A DNA stretch of 44,843 nt from contig JBBSLC010000002.1 of NCBI GenBank assembly GCA_038255685.1, positions 1-44,843 of the forward strand. The letters are read 5' to 3'. Position 1 is the stretch's first letter. Every line of letters begins with the position of its first letter. The stretch is from Acidimicrobiales bacterium (GTDB lineage Bacteria > Actinomycetota > Acidimicrobiia > Acidimicrobiales > CADCSY01). Both the position numbers and the translations under genes were made by a program. Below, one piece after another: positions 34,772 to 44,115 of the stretch. The notes beneath the pieces are model-generated. The model was given only the letters and a program-made list of their open reading frames with translations. It made no database searches and was not told the origin of the DNA.

Positions 34772-35503
34772 GTGACCTCCTCTGACTGGGGCGCCCTCGG
34801 TGCCGCCCTCACCGCCGCGCTGCACCCGACTGCGCCCCCCATCGCCATCACCTTCGGCGTCGAGGCGCCGACGGGCGTCCCCGCCCACGACGCCCCGATG
34901 CCGCCGCCGCTGGCGGACGGGCGCACCGGGCGCGTGCCTGCCGGCTGCGCCTTCTGGATGCAGGCCGTCGACACCACGTTCACGACCGTCGCCGCCGACC
35001 ACGGGAACTGCAGCGTGGGCTCGATGACCCACGGCTTCGCCACGCTCGACGAGGTCGCCGGCAACGACGACGTCGCCGCCCTCCTCGGATCAGGCTGGGT
35101 GACGATGGAGGACGTGCCGAACATCCCGGTGGTCACCGAGCGCCCTGGCGTGGTGACCTACGGCCCGCTGCGCGAGACGCCGGTGGACCCCGACGTGGTG
35201 CTCGTGCGCCTCACGGCGAAGTCGCTCATGGTGCTCTCCGATGCCCTCCCCGGGCTGCGCGTCGAGGGCAAGCCGCAGTGCCACATCGTGGCGGTGGCCA
35301 AGGAGCAGGGTGAGGTGGCGGCCAGCGTCGGCTGCATGCTCAGCCGGGTGCGCACCGGCATGCCGAGCACCGAGACCACGTGCGCGATCCCGGCAGCCAA
35401 GCTGGCCGAGGTCGTCGCTGCGGTGGAGCGGACCGCAGCGATCGACGCCCAGGTCGCCGCCTACGCCGCCGAGGACGCCCGCCGCTTCGACGTGAGGACC
35501 TGA
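34772..35503 (+). CDS. DUF169 family protein
   Basis: AGCAFW...HGNCSVG pattern and about 243 aa. In-frame GTG at 34772. Confidence 0.6.
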   Translation: MTSSDWGALGAALTAALHPTAPPIAITFGVEAPTGVPAHDAPMPPPLADGRTGRVPAGCAFWMQAVDTTFTTVAADHGNCSVGSMTHGFATLDEVAGNDDVAALLGSGWVTMEDVPNIPVVTERPGVVTYGPLRETPVDPDVVLVRLTAKSLMVLSDALPGLRVEGKPQCHIVAVAKEQGEVAASVGCMLSRVRTGMPSTETTCAIPAAKLAEVVAAVERTAAIDAQVAAYAAEDARRFDVRT

Positions 35504-35505
35504 CC

Positions 35506-35964
35506 GTGGCCGAGAGGGTCGAGATCTCCCGCGACATCGCTGCCCCACCCGAAGCCGTCTACGCCGCCATCTCGGACGTGACCCGCATGGGCGAGTGGTC
35601 GGAGGAGTGCCACGCCTGCCAGTGGCACGACGGTGTCGACGGCCCGGCCGTCGGCGCCACGTTCGACGGCCACAACCGCAACGGCGAACACGAGTGGACC
35701 ACCCAGGGCAAGGTCGTCGAGGCCGACCCAGGGCGGGCGTTCACCTTCGAGTGCTCGATGTTCGACTTCCACTACGCGACCTGGGGCTACCGCATCGAGG
35801 CGACGGAGGCCGGGTCCCGGGTGACCGAGTGGAGCGAGGACCTGCGACCTCCGTCCGCCCTCGAGATGAGCAAGCAGCTCTCCGGTGTGGATGACCGCGC
35901 CGCTCGCAACCGCCAGACCATCAGCCGCACCCTCGAGCGCCTCGCCACCGCCGTCGAGGGCTGA
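35506..35964 (+). CDS. SRPBCC (START/polyketide cyclase-like) family protein
   Basis: Typical N-terminus VEISRDIAAPPEAVYAAISDVTRMGEWS. The GTG lies 2 nt after the upstream stop. Confidence 0.7.
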   Translation: MAERVEISRDIAAPPEAVYAAISDVTRMGEWSEECHACQWHDGVDGPAVGATFDGHNRNGEHEWTTQGKVVEADPGRAFTFECSMFDFHYATWGYRIEATEAGSRVTEWSEDLRPPSALEMSKQLSGVDDRAARNRQTISRTLERLATAVEG

Positions 35965-35979
35965 CGACCGGAAGGGCGC

Positions 35980-37143
35980 TCAGCAGACCGGAGCGGGCGC
36001 GACGGTGGTGGCGGTCGTCTCCGGCGCCGTCGGCACCTCGACGTCCTCGTCACCGTCCGCCGGCTCGGACGGGGCCGGCGGTCGGGGGGCGACACCACGG
36101 AAGACGTCGAGGACCGCGTCGGCCTCGGCGGGCAGCAGCTCGAGGACCTGCGCGCCGGCGGCCGTGACGAGGTCGCTGACGGGCAGGGCGTAGTCGGTGA
36201 ACGCCTCGGGCGAGATGCGCCGGACGTCCATCGCCAGGGCTGCGATGGCGTCGGCATCGAGGTCGTCGCTGATGGTCACGCTCTGGTCGGCGACGTCGAG
36301 CAGGTCGAGGACCCGTCGGGGGTCGAGCAGCCCGTCGGAGAGGGCCTTTGCCAGGACCTGGCGGAGGAACTGCTGCTGGCGCTCGCTCCGGCCGAAGTCG
36401 TTGCGGCCGTCAGGCACCCACACGTCGTCGACGAGCTGCTCGAAGTGGCGGCTGCGGACGTAGGCGAGCGCCTCGTCGCCGTCGAAGGTGATGCAGCCGG
36501 GCACCGGGATGTCGAGGCCGCTCTCGTTGCGACCGGTGGCCCGGTTGAAGTCGCGCGCCGGCAGCTCGATGGCGAGGGTGATGCCGTCGACGGCGTCCAC
36601 CAGCTCGCGGAAGCCGTCGAAGTCGAGCCCCACGTAGTGGTTGACCGCCACGCCGAGCTGGTCGCGGATCGTCTCGATCAGGAGCCGGGCACCACCACGC
36701 TCGTACGCCGTGTTGATGCGATCCCGCCCGCTGCCGTCCGAGAGCGCGACCCACAGGTCGCGAGGTATCGGCAGGGTCGCAGCCGTCCCTGTCGAAGGGT
36801 CCACCCTGACGAGGACGATGCTGTCGGAGCCGCGACCCTCCGCCTCGCCGAAGGACTCGAGGTCCTCGTCGCTGTCGACGAACTCCCGGCTGCTGTCACC
36901 CACGAGCAGCACGTTGAACGGCCCGCCGACCGGTGGCGGCTCGGGCTCACCCGGTTCGGCAGGCATGTCCGCCACCTCGGGAGGGCGCGGTTCGAGCACC
37001 TCGCGAACCGGCTCCGTGGGGATGTTCTCGAGCCGGTAGACGCCGTAGGCCAAGGTGGACGTGGCGAACGTGCCTCCCATCGCGAGCAGCGCGCTCAGGA
37101 CCACCAGCGCGCGCTGCACGAGGCTGCGCCCGCCGCTCGACAC
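35980..37143 (-). CDS. LytR-CpsA-Psr (LCP) family cell-envelope phosphotransferase
   Basis: N-terminal TM anchor and LCP core (NVLLVGDS, DSIVLVRVD, IPRDLWV, INTAY). The GTG start lies 2 nt after the Mrp-like stop. Confidence 0.8.
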   Translation of the reverse strand: MSSGGRSLVQRALVVLSALLAMGGTFATSTLAYGVYRLENIPTEPVREVLEPRPPEVADMPAEPGEPEPPPVGGPFNVLLVGDSSREFVDSDEDLESFGEAEGRGSDSIVLVRVDPSTGTAATLPIPRDLWVALSDGSGRDRINTAYERGGARLLIETIRDQLGVAVNHYVGLDFDGFRELVDAVDGITLAIELPARDFNRATGRNESGLDIPVPGCITFDGDEALAYVRSRHFEQLVDDVWVPDGRNDFGRSERQQQFLRQVLAKALSDGLLDPRRVLDLLDVADQSVTISDDLDADAIAALAMDVRRISPEAFTDYALPVSDLVTAAGAQVLELLPAEADAVLDVFRGVAPRPPAPSEPADGDEDVEVPTAPETTATTVAPAPVC

Positions 37144-37145
37144 CC

Positions 37146-38294
37146 TCAGACGATCTTCAGCTCGCGATGGCGCCGACGGGTCGGCGCCAGGTCGTCGTCG
37201 ATGCGGCGTGCGATCTCGTCGAAGGCCGATGCCGCCTCACCCTTGGGGTCGGAGACCTTGATGGGGACGCCGATGTCTCCGCCCTCCCGCAGCGCGGGCA
37301 CGAGCGGCACCCGGCCGATGAGCGGCGCGCCGAGGCGCTCGGCGAGCACGTCGCCCCCGCCTGCGCCGAACAGGTCGTAGCGCTGCCCGTCGTCGCCGGT
37401 GAACCAGCTCATGTTCTCGATGACACCGTGGACCGGGATCTTCACCTGCGGGCTCTGGAACATCAGACCGGCTCGCTGGGCGACGCGCTGCGCAGCGGGT
37501 TGGGGCGTCGTCACGATGTAGGCCTCCGATCGCGGCAGGAAGCCAGCGAGCGAGAGCGAGATGTCGCCCGTCCCCGGCGGCAGATCGACGACGAGGTAGT
37601 CGGGTTCGCCCCAGTAGAAGTCGGTGAGGAACTGCTCGAGCGCCTTGTGCAGCATGGGCCCACGCCACACGACGGGCTGATCGTCCCGGACGAAGAAGCC
37701 GATCGAGGCGAGGGTGACGCCGTGGGCCTCGGGCGGGATGATCATCGAGTCGTCGAGGATCGAGGGCGGGCGGGTGATGCCGAGCATCGCCGGGATCGAG
37801 AAGCCCCAGACGTCCGCGTCGACGACAGCGACGCGCCGGCCCCGCTCGGCGAGCGCGATCGCCACGTTCACCGTCACCGACGACTTGCCCACGCCACCCT
37901 TTCCCGATGCGATCAGCAGGACCCGGGTCCGCGAGCCAGGGTCGGCGAACGACACGGCCCGACCCTCGGCGTGGCCCTGGGCGGGCGCCGAGCCTGCGGT
38001 CGAGCCGGGGTCCCCGTGCAGGCGGAGGCGGATCGCCCTGCGCTCGTCGTCGTCCAGGTCGTCGAGCTCGACCCGGACGTCCTCCACCCCGGGCACGGCG
38101 AGGAGGCGCTCGCGGAGGCGTCCCTCGAGCTGCTCGCCGGGCGAGTCGGGGAGGAGCCGGGAGACGACGACCTCCACCCGCCTCCGCTTGATCGACAGCC
38201 GCCGCACGAGCCCCAGCTCGACGATGCTGCGGTGCAGCTGGGGGTCCTCGACTGCTGCGAGGGCCGCTCGAACCTGGTTCTCATCCACGGACAT
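37146..38294 (-). CDS. Mrp/NBP35/ApbC-family P-loop ATPase with N-terminal DUF59-like domain, cysteine-free
   Basis: Walker A SGKGGVGKSS and the ENMS motif are present, but the CxxC site reads ENMSWFTGDDGQRYDLFG. There is no Cys anywhere in the 382 aa. Confidence 0.8.
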   Translation of the reverse strand: MSVDENQVRAALAAVEDPQLHRSIVELGLVRRLSIKRRRVEVVVSRLLPDSPGEQLEGRLRERLLAVPGVEDVRVELDDLDDDERRAIRLRLHGDPGSTAGSAPAQGHAEGRAVSFADPGSRTRVLLIASGKGGVGKSSVTVNVAIALAERGRRVAVVDADVWGFSIPAMLGITRPPSILDDSMIIPPEAHGVTLASIGFFVRDDQPVVWRGPMLHKALEQFLTDFYWGEPDYLVVDLPPGTGDISLSLAGFLPRSEAYIVTTPQPAAQRVAQRAGLMFQSPQVKIPVHGVIENMSWFTGDDGQRYDLFGAGGGDVLAERLGAPLIGRVPLVPALREGGDIGVPIKVSDPKGEAASAFDEIARRIDDDLAPTRRRHRELKIV

Positions 38295-38428
38295 CGGGGA
38301 CTGTCGCCTCGTTGCTCTCGCTCGCTGGGGTGCGCGTCGCCGGCACCCGGGGGGGTCACCTGCGTGGGGGTCCTGCGCAGGCACCGGAGCACAGGAGCCC
38401 GACGGAGGACCCCCGGTACACTACCGAC

Positions 38429-39208
38429 GTGGCTGGCGTTCACCTCTCCCCCGTGCTCGACGGCCACGCCGAGCCGACGCGCGAGCACCTGTCGGCCGAG
38501 GCGTTCTCCTCCGCCGTCTCCGCAGTGACCTCTGCGTTCGGTGATCCCACCCGCCGGCGCATCTACCTCGAGGCCCACGAGCACCCCGACGGCGTCACCG
38601 CCTCCGAGGTCGCCGAGCGCTTCGCGCTCCACGCCAACGTGGCCCGCCACCACCTCGACAAGCTGGCCGCTGGCGGCTACCTCGAGGTGCGCACCGGTCG
38701 GGGTGTCGCCGGTGCCGGCGCTGGTCGACCCTCGAAGCGCTACATCGCCACCGGTCGCGAGGTCGACCTCGAGTTCCCGGTCCGCCACGACGACCTCGTG
38801 ATGACGCTCCTCGCACGGGCACTCGAGCTGTTGCCGGTCGAGCAAGCCGAGGCCATGGCCGAGCAGGTGGGCGTCGAGTACGGCACCACCATGGCGCAGT
38901 CGCTCGGGCCCGGCGGAGAGGGTCAGCGCTCGTTCCGCTCCGCGCTCCACGCCGTCGCCGACGCGCTCACCGCGCACGGCTTCGCCGCCCACGCCGAGGG
39001 TCGCGGCGATGCGCTCTCCATCGTCTCCGACCACTGCCCGTTCGGTGGGCCGGCGGTGGCGTCGCCGGTGATCTGTGCCGTCGACCGCGGCATGGTCAAG
39101 GGGATGCTCGCTGCCCTCTACGGCGACACCGACCCGGCGACGACGAGCTCGCGGGCGCTCGGCGACGCCACGTGCGTCACGAACGTCGCCGTGGCGCTCA
39201 GCTCGTAG
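38429..39208 (+). CDS. Winged-helix (ArsR/SufR-like) transcriptional regulator
   Basis: wHTH (GDPTRRRIYLEA...VARHHLDKLAAGGYLEV...GRPSKRY) and a C-terminal domain with Cys in DHCPF, VICAVD and DATCV. The start is uncertain (GTG 38429). Confidence 0.65.
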   Translation: MAGVHLSPVLDGHAEPTREHLSAEAFSSAVSAVTSAFGDPTRRRIYLEAHEHPDGVTASEVAERFALHANVARHHLDKLAAGGYLEVRTGRGVAGAGAGRPSKRYIATGREVDLEFPVRHDDLVMTLLARALELLPVEQAEAMAEQVGVEYGTTMAQSLGPGGEGQRSFRSALHAVADALTAHGFAAHAEGRGDALSIVSDHCPFGGPAVASPVICAVDRGMVKGMLAALYGDTDPATTSSRALGDATCVTNVAVALSS

Positions 39209-39239
39209 GCCCCGCCCTGACCACCTCACGAGGTGCGAG

Positions 39240-40364
39240 GTGAGCCGGCACTACCTCGATCACGCGTCGACGTCGCCCACCCGCCCGGAGGCGGTTGCAG
39301 CGATGCTCCCGTGGTTCGCTACCGCCGCCGACCCCGGCCGGGTCCACAGCGAGGGCCACGCCGCCCGGGTGGCGGTCGAGGTGGCTCGCGAGCAGGTGGC
39401 CCAGCTGCTCGGGGCACGCCCTCGCGAGGTGGTCTTCACGAGCGGCGCGACCGAGTCCGTCATCACCGCCACGTGGATGGCGGCCGAGCGGGGCGATCAC
39501 GTGGTGCTCCCTGCCGTCGAGCACTCCTGTGTGCGGGAGGCGGCCGCTCGTCACCGCACGACGGTGGTCGGCGTGGACCGCACCGGGCGCGTCGAGCCCG
39601 CAGCGCTCCTTGCCGCCGTCCAGCCGGACACCGCCCTCGTGCACCTGCAGTGGGCCAACCACGAGGTCGGCACGCTCCAGCCCGTCGCCGAGGTGGTGGC
39701 GGCGTGTCGCGAGCGGGGCGTGCTCGTGCACGTCGACGCCGCCCAGGCCGCCGGTCACGTCGCCGTCGCCTTCGACGAGCTCGGGGCCGACCTGCTGAGC
39801 GTGAGCGCCCACAAGCTCGGCGGACCTCCCGGCGTCGGCGCGCTGCTCGTGCGACGGGGGCTGCGCCTCCGTCCGCTCATGGTCGGTGGCGACCAGGAGC
39901 GCGCCCGGCGCGCCGGCTACGAGAACGTGCCCGGCATCGTCGGCTTCGGGGCGGCGGCAGCCGAGCTGCACGGCGACCGGCTCGGAGGAGAGGCCGCAGC
40001 GGCCGCTGCCCAGGTCGCTCGGGTGGTCGACGCAGCCGGAGCAGGGGCGCTCGGGCCCGACGTCGCGCTGTTGGGTGTCCCTGACGCTCGCGGCCGGCTC
40101 CCCCAGCTCGCCTGTCTCGCCGTCGAGGGCGTTGAAGCGGAGCCGGTGCTGCTCGGGCTCGACCAGGCCGGCGTCGCCGTGCACTCGGGCTCGTCGTGCT
40201 CGTCCGAGGCGCTCGAGCCGTCCCCGGTGCTCGAGGCCATGGGGGTCGACGCCGAGCGCTCCTTGCGGGTGAGCGTCGGATGGAGCACCACCGATGCAGA
40301 CGTCGACGCCTTCCTCACCGCCATGCCCGACGTCGTCGCCCGCCTGCGCGCGCTGCGCAGCTGA
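39240..40364 (+). CDS. Class I cysteine desulfurase (IscS/NifS-like)
   Basis: PLP lysine in SAHKLGGPPGVG and catalytic loop HSGSSCSSE. In-frame GTG at 39240. Confidence 0.85.
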   Translation: MSRHYLDHASTSPTRPEAVAAMLPWFATAADPGRVHSEGHAARVAVEVAREQVAQLLGARPREVVFTSGATESVITATWMAAERGDHVVLPAVEHSCVREAAARHRTTVVGVDRTGRVEPAALLAAVQPDTALVHLQWANHEVGTLQPVAEVVAACRERGVLVHVDAAQAAGHVAVAFDELGADLLSVSAHKLGGPPGVGALLVRRGLRLRPLMVGGDQERARRAGYENVPGIVGFGAAAAELHGDRLGGEAAAAAAQVARVVDAAGAGALGPDVALLGVPDARGRLPQLACLAVEGVEAEPVLLGLDQAGVAVHSGSSCSSEALEPSPVLEAMGVDAERSLRVSVGWSTTDADVDAFLTAMPDVVARLRALRS

Positions 40365-40441
40365 ACCGGCCGAGCACCGGAAGCCGCCGAGCAGTAGGTT
40401 CGGCGCCGGTCGGCGGACCTTCTCTCGTCAAGGAGCTGCTC

Positions 40442-41377
40442 ATGGCCATCCGCTACCGCAACCTCGTCTACGACAGCAGCCGTTGGGACGGCTTCGAGCT
40501 CCGCGACGACGACATCATCATCAGCACGCCCCCGAAGTGCGGCACCACGTGGACCCAGATGCTGTGCGCCATGCTCGTGTTCGACGCCACGACGTTCGAT
40601 CGGCCGCTGGCCCACATCTCGCCATGGCTCGACATGCAGACCCGCAGCCTCGAGAGCGTCCGGGCAGAGCTCGATGCCCAGACCCACCGCCGCTTCATCA
40701 AGACCCACACGCCGCTCGACGGGCTGCCGTGGGACGACCGCGTGACGTACCTCTGCGTCGGCCGGGACCCTCGCGACGTGGCCATCTCCTGGGACCACCA
40801 CTGGGAGAACATGGACGCAGACGCCCTCATGGCCATCCGAGCGCAGGCTGTGGGCCTCGACGACCTGGCCGAGCTGGGCCCGCCACCGCCGCCGCCGTCC
40901 GACGACCCCCTCGAGCGCTTCTGGCAGTGGGCCGAGCAAGCAGAGGGCTTCGGACCCTCCCTCGAGCGGATCCTGGACCACTTCCGGACGTTCTGGGAGC
41001 AGCGAGACCAGCCCAACGTCGCGCTGTTCCACTACAGCGACCTCTCGGCCGACCTGCCGGGACAGCTTGCTCGCCTCGCCGACGTGCTGTCGATCCCGAT
41101 GGCGCCCGAGCGCATCGACGAGCTGGCAGCGGCGGCCACCTTCGCCAACATGAAGGGTCGGGCGACCGAGCTCGCGCCGAACTCCGACCAGGGCTTCTGG
41201 CGGAGCACCGAGGGCTTCTTCCACAGGGGTGCAAGCGGCCAGTGGCGCGACCTCCTCGACGAGGCAGGGCTGCAGCGCTACGGCGACCGGGTCGCCGAGC
41301 TGGCTGCCCCCGACCTCGCGGCGTGGGCCCACGACGGGTGGCTCGGCACGGCGCCCACCCCTTCGGCGCCGACCTGA
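40442..41377 (+). CDS. PAPS-dependent sulfotransferase domain protein
   Basis: 5'-PSB motif PKCGTTW and 3'-PB motif RDPRDVAIS. The ATG is preceded by AAGGAG. Confidence 0.8.
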   Translation: MAIRYRNLVYDSSRWDGFELRDDDIIISTPPKCGTTWTQMLCAMLVFDATTFDRPLAHISPWLDMQTRSLESVRAELDAQTHRRFIKTHTPLDGLPWDDRVTYLCVGRDPRDVAISWDHHWENMDADALMAIRAQAVGLDDLAELGPPPPPPSDDPLERFWQWAEQAEGFGPSLERILDHFRTFWEQRDQPNVALFHYSDLSADLPGQLARLADVLSIPMAPERIDELAAAATFANMKGRATELAPNSDQGFWRSTEGFFHRGASGQWRDLLDEAGLQRYGDRVAELAAPDLAAWAHDGWLGTAPTPSAPT

Positions 41378-41389
41378 CAGCTGGCGGCC

Positions 41390-42382
41390 TCAGCCCGGCG
41401 TGAGGCCCTGCCAGGGACCGGCGGCGGAGCGGCCGTCGGCGGTCACGGTGAGCAGCTCTGAGCCGTCGTCTGTGACGACGATGGTGTGCTCGAACTGCGC
41501 GCTGCGGGAGCCGTCGACGGTGACCGCCGTCCAGCCGTCGTCCCAGATGAGGTGGTTCGGGTTGCCGATCGTGAGCATCGGCTCGATCGTGAACGTCATG
41601 CCGGGCTCGAGGATCGTGGTGGCCGACGGCTCGTAGCCGTGGGGGATCTGGAGACCGGTGTGGAACGCCTCGCCGATGCCGTGGCCGATGAAGGCACGGA
41701 CCACCCCGAGCCCGTGGGCCTTGGCGTGGTCCTCGATGGCCCGCCCGATGACGTTGACCGGCCGGCCGGGGGCGACGGCGTCGATCCCCAGGAACATGGA
41801 CTCCCGGGTCACCTGGACGAGACGGCGAGATGCCTCGTCGACCTCACCGACGGACCACATGCACGACGTGTCGCCGTGCACGCCGTCGAGGAACACGGTG
41901 ACGTCGATGTTGACGATGTCACCGTCGGCGAGGGGCCGATCGTCGGGGATGCCGTGGCAGATGACCTCGTTGATCGACGTGCACAGCGACTTCGGGTACC
42001 CGTTGTAGTTGAGCGTGCTCGGGTACGAGCCGCGTGCGATCGCCGCCTCGTGACCGATGCGGTCGAGCTCGTCGGTCGTCACGCCGACCGCCACCGCGGC
42101 ACCGACCTCAAGCAGCACCTCGGCAGCGGCTGCGCCTGCGGCTCGCATGCGCACGAGCTGCTCGGGCGTCTTGACCTCGCGGTCGCTGCGGCGCGGTCCG
42201 GGGGAACCGGTGGCTGCGTAGGGCGGCCGCCCGATCTCCGTCGGCACCCTGCGCCAGGGGCTGAGGTTGCCTGCCTTGATGCGGCGCGCTGCGGGGGGTC
42301 GCTCGACCGACTTGTGGCAGCGCTTGTACTTCTTGCCGCTCCCGCACCAGCACACGTCGTTCGACTTCAGCACCGACGTCAT
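41390..42382 (-). CDS. map: Type I methionine aminopeptidase with N-terminal SEC-C zinc motif
   Basis: CWCGSGKKYKRCH followed by the MetAP core (metal ligands DIVNID, HGIG, FTIEP, EHT). Confidence 0.9.
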   Translation of the reverse strand: MTSVLKSNDVCWCGSGKKYKRCHKSVERPPAARRIKAGNLSPWRRVPTEIGRPPYAATGSPGPRRSDREVKTPEQLVRMRAAGAAAAEVLLEVGAAVAVGVTTDELDRIGHEAAIARGSYPSTLNYNGYPKSLCTSINEVICHGIPDDRPLADGDIVNIDVTVFLDGVHGDTSCMWSVGEVDEASRRLVQVTRESMFLGIDAVAPGRPVNVIGRAIEDHAKAHGLGVVRAFIGHGIGEAFHTGLQIPHGYEPSATTILEPGMTFTIEPMLTIGNPNHLIWDDGWTAVTVDGSRSAQFEHTIVVTDDGSELLTVTADGRSAAGPWQGLTPG

Positions 42383-43002
42383 GGTCGTCCCTCCCAGTAC
42401 CGCTGCTCACGCCACGGGTCGCCGTACATGTGGTAGCCGTTCCGCTCCCAGAAGCCGGGTTGGTCGGCGGTGAGCACCTCGAGGCCCCGCAGCCACTTCG
42501 CCGACTTCCAGAAGTAGAGGCGGGGCACGATGAGACGGGCGGGGTAGCCGTGCTCAGGCGCGAGCGGCTCTCCCTCGAAGCGATGGGCGACGATCGCCTC
42601 GTCGAGGAGCACGTCCTCGAGCGGGACGTTGGCGGTGTAGCCGTACTCGGCGTGAGCGAGCAGGTGCGAGCCTCCGGTCGCCACACCCCCGGCTCGCTCG
42701 AGCAGGTCGGCCACTCGGACACCCCGCCAGCCGGTGTCGAACTTCGACCACTTGGTGACGCAGTGGATGTCGAGCGTGATGTCGACCTGGGGCATGGCCT
42801 GGAGCTCGTCCCAAGAGAGCGTGACCGGCTCGGCGACGGCCCCCGTGATCGCCAGCGTCCACGTCGACAGGTCGTCGTAGCTGGGCACGTCGCCCGCGTG
42901 GAGCACGGGGAACCGCTCGGTGAGGTACTGCCCTGCGGGCAGGCGGGCCGGGTCGTAGCCCAGCTTCTCGAGGTTGCGGCGGTTGCGGTCGAAGAACCCC
43001 AT
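42379..43002 (-). CDS. Sulfite-oxidase-like molybdopterin oxidoreductase (small, YedY/MsrP-related)
   Basis: HCVTKWS molybdenum-Cys motif and GYPARLIVPRLYFWKSAKW. Its stop overlaps the map start (ATGA). Confidence 0.75.
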   Translation of the reverse strand: MGFFDRNRRNLEKLGYDPARLPAGQYLTERFPVLHAGDVPSYDDLSTWTLAITGAVAEPVTLSWDELQAMPQVDITLDIHCVTKWSKFDTGWRGVRVADLLERAGGVATGGSHLLAHAEYGYTANVPLEDVLLDEAIVAHRFEGEPLAPEHGYPARLIVPRLYFWKSAKWLRGLEVLTADQPGFWERNGYHMYGDPWREQRYWEGRP

Positions 43003-43091
43003 CGCCCCCGACTCTACGGTCGGGTGGCCCACACGGCCCAGGCGGGTACGGCTGTGCTGCGCACCCGGTCCGGCCCTACGATCGTCGCTCG

Positions 43092-43559
43092 ATGGCCGTG
43101 CACCTCGTCCGCCACGCCGACGCCGGCGCCCGCGACAGCTGGCAGGGGCCAGACGAGGAGCGTCCCCTCAGCGTCACGGGACAGCGACGAGCCCACGCCC
43201 TCGTCGATGAGCTCGCGGCGACGCCGCTCCGCCGCATCCTGACGAGCCCGCTCACGCGCTGCGTCGAGACGGTCCAGCCCCTCGCCGTCGCACGAGGCTT
43301 GGAGATCGAGCGTCACCCGGCGCTCGCCGAGGGCGCCGACCTCAACGTGACGTGGGCTCTCCTCGAGTCCCTGACTGGCGACGGTGGCGTCGTGCTGTGC
43401 AGCCACGGTGACGTCATCCCGCCGATCCTCGAGCGGATGGAGCGTCGCGGCGTTCCCGTCGGAGGCGACGGACGCAGCGTGGCGAAGGGGTCGGTGTGGT
43501 CGATCGAAGCCGGCCCGGACGGGCGGATCACGACCGCCAGGCTCGCCTCCGCCCCGTGA
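43092..43559 (+). CDS. SixA-like histidine phosphatase family protein
   Basis: LVRHADAG catalytic motif, SHGD, 155 aa. Confidence 0.7.
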   Translation: MAVHLVRHADAGARDSWQGPDEERPLSVTGQRRAHALVDELAATPLRRILTSPLTRCVETVQPLAVARGLEIERHPALAEGADLNVTWALLESLTGDGGVVLCSHGDVIPPILERMERRGVPVGGDGRSVAKGSVWSIEAGPDGRITTARLASAP

Positions 43560-43604
43560 GCGCAGGTCCGGGACCTCGGAGCGGGTTCGCAGATGCCGCG
43601 ATCG

Positions 43605-43632
43605 GGAACGGGTTGGTGTGCCCATCGTGTCG
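43605..43632 (+). promoter_or_regulatory. ECF-sigma-type promoter candidate GGGAAC-N16-CGTGTC
   Basis: The spacing and motifs fit the GGAAC...CGT class. It ends 24 nt before the ATG at 43657, and GGAGGA lies in between. Confidence 0.3.
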
Positions 43633-43656
43633 ACAACTGGTCGGAGGACCCAGACG

Positions 43657-44115
43657 ATGAGGATCACCTACTCCCTTGACCTTCCCGCGGAAGCGCAGAC
43701 GGTGCCCGTCGTGCGGGCGATCGTCCGCTCGACGATGACCGAGCTCGGTGTTGACCCCGACTGCGTCGACGACCTCGCCCTTGCCCTGACCGAGGCGTGC
43801 GCCAACGTCGTGGCCCACGCCACCGCAGACGGCGCGATCGCCGGAGCCGCTGGCTACACGGTCGAGATCTGCTTCGACCGCGAGGTCTGCGAGATCCAGG
43901 TCACCGACCAGGGCGGGGGCTTCGACGCCTCGCACCTGCGGATCGACATGCCAGGCGGCGACGCCGAGCGAGGGCGGGGGCTCGCCATCATCGAGACGCT
44001 CATGGACAGCGTCGCCTTCGCCTCGGAGCCAGGCGGCGGCACGGTCGTGACGTTCGAGAAGAAGCTCGTCCTCACACCCGAGTCGAAGCTTCGCCCCTTC
44101 GCCCCTCCTGCCTGA
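43657..44115 (+). CDS. RsbW-type anti-sigma factor / serine kinase (HATPase_c_2)
   Basis: LALTEACANVVAH (N-box), DQGGGFD (G1) and RGRGLAIIETLMD (G2). About 152 aa. Confidence 0.75.
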   Translation: MRITYSLDLPAEAQTVPVVRAIVRSTMTELGVDPDCVDDLALALTEACANVVAHATADGAIAGAAGYTVEICFDREVCEIQVTDQGGGFDASHLRIDMPGGDAERGRGLAIIETLMDSVAFASEPGGGTVVTFEKKLVLTPESKLRPFAPPA

